DNA from: Octopus bimaculoides
Lineage: Eukaryota
NCBI RefSeq assembly: GCF_001194135.2
Contig: NC_068982.1
Location: forward strand, 183,586,791-183,620,088
Direction: 5' to 3'
DNA length: 33,298 bases
The translations under genes and the position numbers were made by a program. Positions within the stretch are counted from its first letter, which is position 1, and each line of letters starts with the position of its first letter. Below the pieces are notes generated by a model that made no database searches, was not told where the DNA came from, and saw only the letters and a list, made by a program, of their open reading frames with translations. This document shows positions 23,161-33,298 of the stretch, piece after piece.

Positions 23161-24577
23161 AATCTCGTTAGAAAATGCTCAAAATTATTTTTTCTCCAGA
23201 ATCCTCGAATCCTTTGACTTTCTTGTAAAATAACATTTCATTGTTATCTAATTGACTTCTTCTTTCTACTTCATTTTGCATATAAAATAACAGGCTGGCG
23301 ACTAGGTCTTCGCTAATGTACCGCAGAATATCTAGCGAGCGAGAAACCTTCACCAAAGTCTCCACAGTATTGTCAAGTAGTTTATGAAGGACATAATATA
23401 TGTCCCTTGGAATAGAGAAATACTAGAGAATGAAGCAGACTGAGACCAGTGAAGCAGGTGATTTCAAACTCCAAGGATGGAAGATAACATAAGAGGTATA
23501 AATTTGGACATGAATCCTTTGTGTGAAATGTGTCTGAACAAGAGTGAAAAAACAATTTTGACATAGTCACATAATATTAATCACTTGTGAAATTAACAAG
23601 AACACTCTCTGTATCATCAATACATTTAAAATACCAGCTGTAAGTAACAACACATTTATGGCACTGGACTGGAGCGAGATGGACCTAAATTTTGTAGTGT
23701 AAAAGAAGAGAAAAAGGCTATATACATAAGTGTGGCAACCTGAGACTGTAGATTCCTAGAAGAGAATGTGGTAAGATTCCCAGACGAAAATATTGTGTGT
23801 CAGGGATCAAAGTAAGAATGCAGTTATTAATGTTGCCCATTGCCTTTCTACGGCCTTTGTTGTATATAATGAATTCAAAACAACGAAAAATACTGACAAC
23901 GAAAATAAAAACGTCGAGAATGTAACCCAGGGCAGATAGATACAACATATTCAAAAACAAATAAAATGAACAAACGCAACGAAATCGCCCATCCCACTTT
24001 GCCCTGAAACATCCGCAGAAAACAACGCAACAAAAGTGAAATATGAACACACGCATAAAAGAGAATGTGGGAAATGTTTTTGAATTGGAATTTCTAATGA
24101 TGGAAATTTTGACTATGGAAATTATCTAAAGGGCGGAAATAGCTAAAGAATTAAAATCAAAGGAAGTTGTTCATGTGGGTCAACGAAGGTCACCTCCTCA
24201 GAAATAAAATTTCACGATAAAATAGCAACAACAATAAACAGGTTAAACTTAGTCGCCTTCGAATTATTAAAAAACTTATAGCAACATAAACATCACCGAG
24301 CTAACAACAAAAATATATAAAGCAGTGACAGGAGTTACAAAGGTATGCGACTACTCCCTGGAAATTAGTAATACAGGAATGTCAATACATGAATGTGGAA
24401 AACAGAAAATTTAATAATTCTACGACTCCTTGATGTCACCATATATAAAAGATGGCTGCCTGTCCTCTCATTGAATTTTTAACTGAGTCTGATCGAATTT
24501 AATATATCATTTGAACGCTTCTAAAAGCAAACTTCGTTTGTTTGTTTACGTTCATCGTAATTTGAATTTATATCATT

Positions 24578-24757
24578 TGAAATTTAGGAAGAGAGTTCAG
24601 TCGATTATGTTGACCCCCAGTACTTATTTCATTGACCCCCAAAAAAGATGAAAAGCAAAATTGATAGCGGTGGAATTTAAATTCAGAACGAAACAACGAA
24701 CGAAATACCACGAAGCATTTTGTTTGGCGTGCTAACGATTCTGCCAGCTCGGCGCCA
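24578..24757 (-). mobile_element. SINE family C
   Basis: 'ggtggaatttaaattcagaacg...aagcattttgtttggcgtgctaacgattctgccagctcggcgcc'. Confidence 0.85.
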
Positions 24758-25319
24758 TCTGAAAAGTTAATAATAAAAGAAAATATCAATCAATCCCTCA
24801 AGAAGTCAATAAAGAAAAAAAGCACAAAGGAAACTACAGACCCATAGCCTGTCTAATTGCATCTATCAAACACTTAACTTCAATGATAAATAATTAACTG
24901 GAAAAAGAATTTACTAACCGAGGAACACAAACAAAAACTCATATCATTCTAAAGATAAAGTAGTGATCGACATAGCCCAAACCGATGATTGTAAACGGAG
25001 AAAGGTCTGAGTATGGCAGGGATTGACAATCATTCGGGTTTTGACAATATTCTCCATACGTGGATCCTGGAATTATTATCCAAGATAAGGACAACGCTAC
25101 TAATTAGCAGATACATCGCATGTGGCATGAGCAAATAGTAAATATATCTGCCGATGAAAAAATTGGATTACAATAACAAATCCATGTCTACGGTAAGAGG
25201 AATATTTCAAAAAGATTCCCTCCCTCTTCACCATTTCTGTCGGAAGTTAAAAATCTTCAACTAAAATGTTAACTGGACAAGACTCGGTCACAAGTGAAAG
25301 GACAAACAACAATCTTTTT

Positions 25320-25534
25320 TACGAGAGGATGCTGAAAAGTTCCTGCTTTGGATGAAAGAAAATACAGGAGGATCAGTTAATTATGATTTTATTCGACATA
25401 TTCCCTCTCAGATTCACAGTTATTGCAGCAATACTTCAGTTTTTCTAAGCCCTGTAAAACAACTCGGAAGGTTGGACTTTCAACCAGGTCTTTCGTGATA
25501 CCCTTAAAATCAAGAATTTTTCAGCAGCCTCTAG
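25320..25534. mobile_element. Mariner-type MITE with ~22-26 bp imperfect TIRs
   Basis: Left TAcgagaggatgctgaaaagttcctg; right caagaatttttcagcagcctc-TA (about 3 mismatches to the reverse complement); TA ends as in Tc1/mariner. Confidence 0.8.
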
Positions 25535-26659
25535 GCAACATCAAATCGTTTCTGGCAAATGATAAGCAGCTAGAAACATTACTGCAGACAGTACACGGAT
25601 TTAATAGAGAAAATGAGATGAGATTTAGATTAGAAACTATGCACCAAGTCAAGTTGAAAAACGGAGAATCAATTAAAATAATGATCTTATCTTAACAATA
25701 TGGTTGAGAAAAAGTAAATACAAATAGGGTAGGGCTTCATATATGTAATACAGTTAGTTGAAGACTTCAGTCCCATGAGATCATCCAAACAATAAATAGA
25801 AAAATTTCTCTCAAGAGGTTTTAAAATCCAAACCCAAAAAGCAAGGAAGATAATTCCAGTTAAATTGGTTGATCTAAATTGTTGTACTACACAATCAGTG
25901 ATGTATAGAGTGGATTTGATGATGTTTTAAGATAACTGGTGAAAGTCAGATGTTTTTAGGCTTTATGTGACTGTACTCAGCTGACAAGACTGGTTACAGA
26001 AGTGATTCATTTCTAAGTACACATAAAAAGATTTCTCTTTATATATACAAGGTATGGAAGACTGAGACTAGGTAAAATTAGCATCGTATGGTCGGTAAAC
26101 ATAAAGATGTGTTGTTTCATATCAATGAAGGTATCGGATCTAAGTTCAAGGAATCGACCATCCTTAATGTTAACAAACGACGGGGAGGGATAAAGAGAGA
26201 AAGTAAAGTAAATTATAGTAAACATGAAAAAAATGAATATATTTTTAAAGTATATAAGTACATATAAAAGTATAATATAAACGAATTCAATAGGGAAGAG
26301 ATAAGTGTATTCATAGATAGTATTGAACAGCTGTAATTTTAAAATTCAAAGGTCAAAACACCATACACAAAAGCATATGGATCTTAATTTTAATTACATT
26401 TTCTAACTACACCTCAAAATACTTCCCCACTGAACTCTAGTGAAACCAAAACAATACCCACACCTAAAAGCACATTTATATAAGCATTAACATCCTAAAA
26501 ATTACATAAACACATTCACACAGCTGTATACACCAATGCCCTTTAATATACACAAAGACCACACGGATACAAACATTAGTGTACACGCAGACAAATATGT
26601 GTATATACACATAAGTATATATAGGGGGGAGAATATACAAATAATAACAACAGACGAGG

Positions 26660-26815
26660 ACAGGTGGTGTAAATAACAAAAGTATATATTAGTATGACGC
26701 TCGGGAATACGGAAAGTCTTTGACGTTTCGAGCTACGCTCTTCAACAGAAAGAATACGGAGACAAGGAGAAAAACACGGAGAAAAAAAATTGAATAGTGT
26801 TCAGTCAACGGTCAA
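26660..26815 (-). mobile_element. Penelope-type terminal repeat (pLTR) end segment containing a hammerhead motif
   Basis: Hammerhead topology (next entry) followed on the minus strand by an AT-rich tail; lies next to a Penelope endonuclease remnant. Confidence 0.6.
26717..26753 (-). ncRNA. Minimal type-I hammerhead ribozyme-like motif (atypical core)
   Basis: Minus strand: UCUUU-CUGUUGA-A-GAGC-GUA-GCUC-GAAAC-GUC-AAAGA. Stem I UCUUU/AAAGA (5 bp), stem II GAGC/GCUC, palindromic ACGU stem III, putative cleavage after GUC. Confidence 0.7.
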
Positions 26816-27195
26816 AAGTATATATACATACAAAAACAGATACAAACATATACACAAAATATAAATACACATATATACACATGTATGCATATGAATTCAA
26901 ATAGATATACATTATACATGTATACACTTATATACACATGGTGCACACATAAATATATATACATATATACATATATAGAAATATATATGTATATATGTAC
27001 ATACATCTATGCACACAGACACACATACACACAGATATGTATAGTTCTTACATATAAATGAACATATACACACAGAACAGTATAAATGCAAACACTCATG
27101 TCTATTTAAATATAGAAATTGAAATATACATCCACACACTAGCACAGATATGGATACTTATATATGCATATGTACATACATACCAGGATATAAGC
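26815..27195. repeat. Degenerate (TA)/(CA) low-complexity tract
   Basis: Directly visible. Confidence 0.85.
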
Positions 27196-27199
27196 ATAT

Positions 27200-27810
27200 A
27201 TCTCCCGTTTCTCATCACCTACCACCCCTCCACCCTGCTCCTCTAACACACCATTCTCCGAGCTTTCCGGCGACTCCAGTCCGGCCCCTCCACCTCGCAC
27301 ATCTTCCTCAACCTACCCCTTCCCTCCTTCAAACGAGCGCACAAACTGCGTGACCTCCCTGGTCCATAGTTTCTTCCCTCGCTCCACCTCTCAACCTGGC
27401 TCGTTCCCTTGATCCTGCCCACGCTACCGCACTTGCCCTTATCTCTCCGACACCACCATCCTCACAGGCACCCATCATCGTCCCTATCATAGCACCGACT
27501 CCTTTACCAGCACTTCTATCAATGTCATTTACTGCATCTCCTGCTCTTCCTGCCCTTCTCTATACATCCATTAAACGGGACGCCGCTTGGCTGACCGGTT
27601 TGCAGAGCACCTCCGAGACATCAAACTCGGCAATGACACCCCAGTTTCGCACCATTTCCGCTCTATTGGTCATTCACTTCAACACCTATGTTCGGATTGT
27701 CTTTGTACAGGGACGACCCGGACTCCCGCCTTCGCCGTGAACAGAATTTAATCTTCTCTCTTCGCTCCCTTGCACCATATGGGCTCAACTCCCTTCCTCT
27801 CTTCATCTGA
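27200..27810 (+). pseudogene. Penelope-like element C-terminal region with GIY-YIG endonuclease (5'-truncated)
   Basis: LPFLITYHP...FKRAHKLRD; C.R.RTCPYL; TSTSINVIYCISCSSCPSLYIH*TGRRLADRFAEHLRDIK...PVSHHF...REQNLIFSLRSLAPYGLNS; few stops/frameshifts. Confidence 0.92.
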
Positions 27811-28035
27811 ATTCCCCCTCTCCTCTCTTCATCTGACATCTTCCTCTGTTCTCTCTAACCACCTCTCCTCTCTTCTCTTCCCCTGACACCTACTTCCTCT
27901 GTTTACTCCTACCCACCTTCTCTCTTCATTGATAACCCCTCCGCTCGTACCCCACCCTCATACACCCCACTCCCACATATCCCACCCCACCCCATACCCA
28001 TATTCCCACACCCCACATCCCTACACCCCACATCC
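27810..28035. repeat. Pyrimidine-rich then C-run tract (G-run array on the minus strand)
   Basis: Directly visible; more than 10 GGG/GGGG runs on the minus strand in 27935-28035. Confidence 0.85.
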
Positions 28036-28564
28036 NNNNNNNNNNNNNNNNNNNNNNNNNNNNNNNNNNNNNNNNNNNNNNNNNNNNNNNNNNNNNNNNN
28101 NNNNNNNNNNNNNNNNNNNNNNNNNNNNNNNNNNNNNNNNNNNNNNNNNNNNNNNNNNNNNNNNNNNNNNNNNNNNNNNNNNNNNNNNNNNNNNNNNNNN
28201 NNNNNNNNNNNNNNNNNNNNNNNNNNNNNNNNNNNNNNNNNNNNNNNNNNNNNNNNNNNNNNNNNNNNNNNNNNNNNNNNNNNNNNNNNNNNNNNNNNNN
28301 NNNNNNNNNNNNNNNNNNNNNNNNNNNNNNNNNNNNNNNNNNNNNNNNNNNNNNNNNNNNNNNNNNNNNNNNNNNNNNNNNNNNNNNNNNNNNNNNNNNN
28401 NNNNNNNNNNNNNNNNNNNNNNNNNNNNNNNNNNNNNNNNNNNNNNNNNNNNNNNNNNNNNNNNNNNNNNNNNNNNNNNNNNNNNNNNNNNNNNNNNNNN
28501 NNNNNNNNNNNNNNNNNNNNNNNNNNNNNNNNNNNNNNNNNNNNNNNNNNNNNNNNNNNNNNNN

Positions 28565-28608
<44 letters not shown>

Positions 28609-28904
28609 GGGGTCACATAGAAGTATATATATATAAACATATAGCTGGTCCTTAATGCTAAAACGTAAACACTTCTGTTATATTGAATCTGCCAACTAGA
28701 TTATAAAAGTAACTTTAATGAATCATTATAATAATAAAAAGGAAATGATATATAAAATAGAGGGAGAAAACAAGAGTACATAGAGGTTTCGAGGTATAGA
28801 ATTACAGAATCGTGTTGTCATAAGAGGGTAATGATTTCAATAATATGCAGAAAATTTTTCAGTCATTAAATATGGGTATAATAGACAGGAATGTTATATA
28901 TCAG

Positions 28905-29690
28905 AGGGTAAAAAGTATTTTTACAAATAGCAGAATGCTTGAATATTGTCTTATACATTACCTATTACTGAGGTGAGATCAAATTATGGTTAACCAAGGG
29001 AGAGAACTATTCATTGATATTGATCCAGGTTAAAAAGTATATTAGTGTAGGTGTAATGATTAAGTGTGGAGGCGCAATGGCCCAGTGGTTAGGGCAGTGG
29101 ACTCGCGGTCATAGGATCGCGGTTTCGATTCCCAGACCGGGCGTTGTGAGTGTTTATTGAGCGAAAACACCTAAAGTTCCACGAGGCTCCGGCAGAGGAT
29201 GGTGGCGAACCCTGCTGTACTCTTCCACCACAACTTTCTCTCACTCTTTCCTCCTGTTTCTGTTGTACCTGTATTTCACAGGGCCAGCCTTGTCACACTG
29301 TGTCACGCTGAATCTCCCCCAGAACTACGTTAAGGATACACATGTCTGTGGAGTGCTCAGCCACTTCCACGTTAACTTCACGAGCAGGCTGTTCCGTTGA
29401 TTGGATCAATTGGAACTCTCGACGTCGTAAGCGACGGAGCGCCAACAACAAATGATTAAGTATAAGTTTATGCATAGTTAGCCTATTGGAAATATTTAAG
29501 GTGCGAGCATCATTACGCAGAAAGTATTTTTTACATATAACAGACTATTTGACTATGGCCGAATGGTTATCTTTTGCTAAGGTTAGAACAAATTATGGTT
29601 AACAAAGGTAGGAAATTATTCAATTGCATTGATCTATATAATAAATTTTATTAGTGTAGATTCAATAATTAAGTGTAAGGTAAGGTATAG
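28905..29690. repeat. Diverged ~250-bp tandem duplication, split by a SINE
   Basis: 'aaagtatttttaca...caaattatggttaac.aagg...attagtgtag...attaagtgt' at ~28912-29067 and ~29520-29677. Confidence 0.7.
29066..29450 (+). mobile_element. SINE family B, full length, with perfect 11-bp TSD
   Basis: tRNA-like head gtggaggcgcaatggcccagtggttagggcagtggactcgcggtc; TSD aatgattaagt at 29055-29065 and 29451-29461. Confidence 0.97.
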
Positions 29691-29699
29691 TTATCATAG

Positions 29700-30130
29700 A
29701 GGAATGATTTCTATTTAGGGTGCTGGCACCGAACAATCACGCTGATTAATAATATTCGATTTAATTTTATTAATACGGAACACCTCAGATATTCAGAGAC
29801 CACACCAGCCACCACAACCTTTATATGGTTTTACATTACTTACAATAGACCATGTAATTTTAAATTCAATATTATTGTCAGTGAGAGAATGTACAAATTT
29901 AGCTTGAGATATACTATAAGCTTTTTCTTTTTGCCCTTAATGTAGATCTGCGATTATTCCAACGAAGACTGGATGAGGAAGGGGACGCACCAATATAAAC
30001 ATGTTCTTTACCAAGAGTGGTGATTTTTCCCTAAGGCACTGGTTATTAATGGTACATAGTGATTTATTACTAAAGTTACATAGAACTAGGTTGGCCTGAT
30101 TATTAGTAGGTATGAGAGAGAGAGAGAAAG
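29700..30130 (-). pseudogene. Second Penelope-like element (Neptune-type), GIY-YIG C-terminus
   Basis: LCNFSNKSLCTINNQCL (cf. CNCRNK..CPL...CL); KITTLGKEHVYIGAS; LRWNNRRST; KFVHSLTDNNIEFKITWSIVSNVKPYKGCGGWCGL*ISE (cf. W.I......PY......C.LC..E). Confidence 0.8.
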
Positions 30131-31348
30131 GCAATGCTTCTGATTGTTGACAATATAGTTAATGAAGCTCTTTGTACACTAAATACAGAAAGGTTTAACA
30201 TATGTAATGTAGGGAGTTAGATAAAGAAACAGAGATAAGAAAATTGCAGAGTAAAACACACGCACAAAGAAAAGGATATTAAGGAATATTACATATGAGT
30301 TAAATTAATACTTAAAATAAAACCAAGTATAGAAAATAATGTAAAAGGCATTACTATCCTAGCTACTCTAACAATGTTTCGTTCATATGTTCTCAACTGT
30401 ATGTTCAATGAATTAACAAAATTAGAGAAAGATACAAGAACAACAACAGCAACAATAATGATAACTTCTATTAGAATAAAGCACCGCAAATCAATCACAG
30501 TATGTTATATTTATCACGAATATTGGGAAATGGAGGAGTACTATAGATAGAGAACTATAATATAGCTATAATATTGCATGTCCACTGTAAGATTACAAAA
30601 ATATCTAGTTGAGAATACGTGGCAACTAAAAAGAAAATAGATACACAAACATGAGCAAAACAAAAAAATCCGTTCTTCGTCTTCAAAGAATCTGGTGAAT
30701 ATAGGAACTAAAGTTTTGGTCAATGGTGATGAGAATGAAGAAACTACAATAGGAATTACTGAAAAGCTAAAATCTAAGATAAAAATGGGACTTAGTCCGA
30801 ACGTGGCTAACATCAGAAAAGAAAAAAAAAAAAAAGAGAGAGGCAGGATAAAGAATATCTCAGCACTGACTGAAAAGCGCAGGATAGAAAGCTGAGAGCG
30901 AAGGAATTTATGTTGTAGCACAATACCGAAGCCTTCTTCCCAGGAACAACATGTAGAGAAACAGAACACAAAAAGCAACTGCAGCAGCAAATATGGAGGT
31001 TGTGAAGAAGCAATTAATCACAATGTTTCTGCATGCCTAGTCTTAACCAAAAGCGTGTAGGAAATATAAACTCAACCAAAAAGCCGAAATGCTGGATAAA
31101 CTGATAAAGATGGTTTTCTCCTATCGTAATCACAGAATGAGAAAATATATTCTCTGCAGCTCGACAAGTTACTTTGACTGGTTACTTTGACAAGTCTGAT
31201 CAGCAAGATAATATTATTGATATTTTAAAATGGCTTCAGTTTTTGACGTTAACAATGTTATAGGAAAAACGGCGAAATGCTACTGATAACAGAAATTAAC
31301 ACAGCGTACTCAAAGTGTTGTTGAAGTACATGCACATTTGTGTAAAAG

Positions 31349-31399
<51 letters not shown>

Positions 31400-31900
31400 C
31401 AACATGTAACCGTGTCTGCAGAAAAACACAGAAATACAAGCATGTATGAATAGAGTAAACCTATAGACATGCAAGTGAATCTGCAGTAAACTTGTGTATA
31501 AAACGTATTACGATTTTGCCAGCAACACGTGCATAAACTAGAAATGGTCTCAAAGGATGATAACGTAACTATACTCTGGGACATGTCGATTCATAAAACA
31601 AGAAGAGTAAAACTGATTGACTAGATTATTGATGTGAAAGGCTGACCAGAAAGAGAATTTTCCTGGTTTATCTATCAATTCCAACATAAATGCGGTAACT
31701 ATCGAAATATACAGATCTAAGTTAGTTATAACCAAAACATGGGATTCAAGAACTGAAGTAAAATTTGTAGTAATAGTTTCACTGGGAATTAATTTAAAAG
31801 AAGAGGACGAAAAATATTTAACCAAAACCTCGGGATTTATACATATACACATCATACACAAAACAAGTTGTAGCATATATAACGGAGAAGACTGTCGATT
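30130..31900 (-). pseudogene. Probable decayed RT region of the same Penelope-like element, with a (CA)n expansion at 31352-31398
   Basis: Only weak, correctly ordered traces: FNNTLST, FYPSIS-like (frameshifted), WEEGFGIV (for YRDDGLAI), FILDFSF, HSHH (for SNHP), TPPF, RNIVRV..MP. Confidence 0.45.
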
Positions 31901-31980
31901 CATTTATTTTTACTCGTAGAGGATGGGAGACTGGTCGGTGCATAAGGTTATTGCAGACATATATATGTATATATATATAT

Positions 31981-32032
31981 GTATAAATGAATGTATATGT
32001 ATGCCTTGGAGTATACATATACATTCTCCATA
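31981..32032 (+). repeat. Left arm of a 52-bp inverted repeat (partner 33015-33066)
   Basis: 50/52 identity to the reverse complement of 33015-33066. Confidence 0.9.
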
Positions 32033-32638
32033 TATATATATATATATATNNNNNNNNNNNNNNNNNNNNNNNNNNNNNNNNNNNNNNNNNNNNNNNNNNN
32101 NNNNNNNNNNNNNNNNNNNNNNNNNNNNNNNNNNNNNNNNNNNNNNNNNNNNNNNNNNNNNNNNNNNNNNNNNNNNNNNNNNNNNNNNNNNNNNNNNNNN
32201 NNNNNNNNNNNNNNNNNNNNNNNNNNNNNNNNNNNNNNNNNNNNNNNNNNNNNNNNNNNNNNNNNNNNNNNNNNNNNNNNNNNNNNNNNNNNNNNNNNNN
32301 NNNNNNNNNNNNNNNNNNNNNNNNNNNNNNNNNNNNNNNNNNNNNNNNNNNNNNNNNNNNNNNNNNNNNNNNNNNNNNNNNNNNNNNNNNNNNNNNNNNN
32401 NNNNNNNNNNNNNNNNNNNNNNNNNNNNNNNNNNNNNNNNNNNNNNNNNNNNNNNNNNNNNNNNNNNNNNNNNNNNNNNNNNNNNNNNNNNNNNNNNNNN
32501 NNNNNNNNNNNNNNNNNNNNNNNNNNNNNNNNNNNNNNNNNNNNNNNNNNNNNNNNNNNNNNNNNNNNNNNNNNNNNNNNNNNNNNNNNNNNNNNNNNNN
32601 NNNNNNNNNNNNNNNNNNNNNNNNNNNNNNNNNNNNNA

Positions 32639-32679
<41 letters not shown>

Positions 32680-32714
32680 GTATGTATATACACACATATT
32701 CATATTAGCCTACA

Positions 32715-32860
32715 TGAGGCGAATTGGGTGAGTCGTTAGAGCGTAGGATGTATTACTTTACACTACTCGTTCTGGCTTTCTGCGCCCTATGTTCAAACCC
32801 AACGGAGACCAATTTTGCCTTTCAGTACTTCGGAGTCGATAAATATAGAACCAGCCCTGT
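32715..32860 (+). mobile_element. Degenerate SINE family C-like copy
   Basis: 'gaggcgaattgggtgagtcgttagagcg...gttcaaacccaacggag...gcctttcagtacttcggagtcgataaa'. Confidence 0.5.
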
Positions 32861-33014
32861 AGCTAGATCCATTCTTCTGTTATTCTTTCTTTATTTCTGT
32901 CTGTGTTTCTGGAGAAATCGGCAGAGGTCAGTCCCAGAAATGGACTAGCAAAGTCAAATTAAAAAATGCCCAAGAGACGCCGTATGTCACGCTGCCGCCT
33001 TTACGATTCCAATG

Positions 33015-33066
33015 TATGAAGAATGTATATGTATACTTCAAGGCATACATATACATTCATTTATAC
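33015..33066 (-). repeat. Right arm of the 52-bp inverted repeat
   Basis: See 31981-32032. Confidence 0.9.
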
Positions 33067-33207
33067 ATATGTATGTATATACAATCATGCATACATATAT
33101 ACATACATGTATATATATATATATACATACATATATACATATATATATGTATGTATATATGTATGAATATAAAAATATATTTATATGTATATAAATATAT
33201 GCGTGTA

Positions 33208-33298
<91 letters not shown>
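33067..33298. repeat. (TA)n / (TACA)n microsatellite
   Basis: Directly visible. Confidence 0.97.

Larger units (their letters stand above)
20870..23290 (-). pseudogene. R4/Dong-type LINE: N-terminus, RT and thumb, decayed
   Basis: [17 protein letters not shown]; KDQLMINKM; AWIDYKRIYDLVPFSWIKRCLELF; RRLFQGDSLSPIFFLIAL; NHLSLMYDLKLY (YMDD equivalent); KSRLNAGNII; SDTD..ITGGKNGLMGVEE. Many frameshifts; SINE C inserted at 21013-21230. Confidence 0.88.
24150..26060 (+). pseudogene. Second R4/Dong-type LINE (N-terminus to RT/thumb), very decayed
   Basis: NITELTTKIYKAVT; NYRPIACL; GLSMAGID...FDNILHTWI; RGIFQKDSL; NNLFY/.NIK; NDKQLETLLQTVHGF; KSDVFRLYV. Interrupted by SINE C and a MITE. Confidence 0.75.

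Noticed and set aside
22938-23420. Two protein-like minus-strand ORFs with an upstream splice acceptor
   Set aside because: Collinear with, and weakly similar to, the N-terminus of the adjacent R4-type LINE (DNNEMLFY, QEWKKR, IRRNQL); best explained as frameshifted TE

Overview
Eukaryotic, AT-rich, repeat-saturated genomic DNA from a gapped assembly. There are ten N-gaps (1245-1652, 3908-4154, 8069-8078, 8700-9627, 10654-11485, 12158-12224, 15285-15467, 20226-20451, 28036-28564, 32050-32637), most of them bounded by microsatellites. The SINE families look like those I recall from Octopus (cephalopod) genomes; this species assignment is inference and was not searched. I can support no intact protein-coding gene. 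Most long ORFs in the track come from microsatellites or N-runs, and several 'protein-like' ones are frameshifted retroelement remnants. The window is a layered TE graveyard containing: at least 4-5 tRNA-type SINE families (about 20 copies, three with visible TSDs); three decayed R4/Dong-type non-LTR elements (RT plus restriction-like endonuclease); RTE-like LINE remnants; a Tc1 transposase 5' fragment; a mariner-type MITE; and two different Penelope-like (GIY-YIG) retroelements. The most notable items are: a minimal type-I hammerhead ribozyme fold with an atypical CUGUUGA core in an apparently inverted Penelope terminal repeat (26717-26753); a MITE sitting in the RT catalytic motif of a LINE; a telomeric-repeat insertion inside a SINE; hints of (TAA)n-targeted insertion; and a weak two-exon minus-strand gene candidate. 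I did not find a convincing new multi-gene system.
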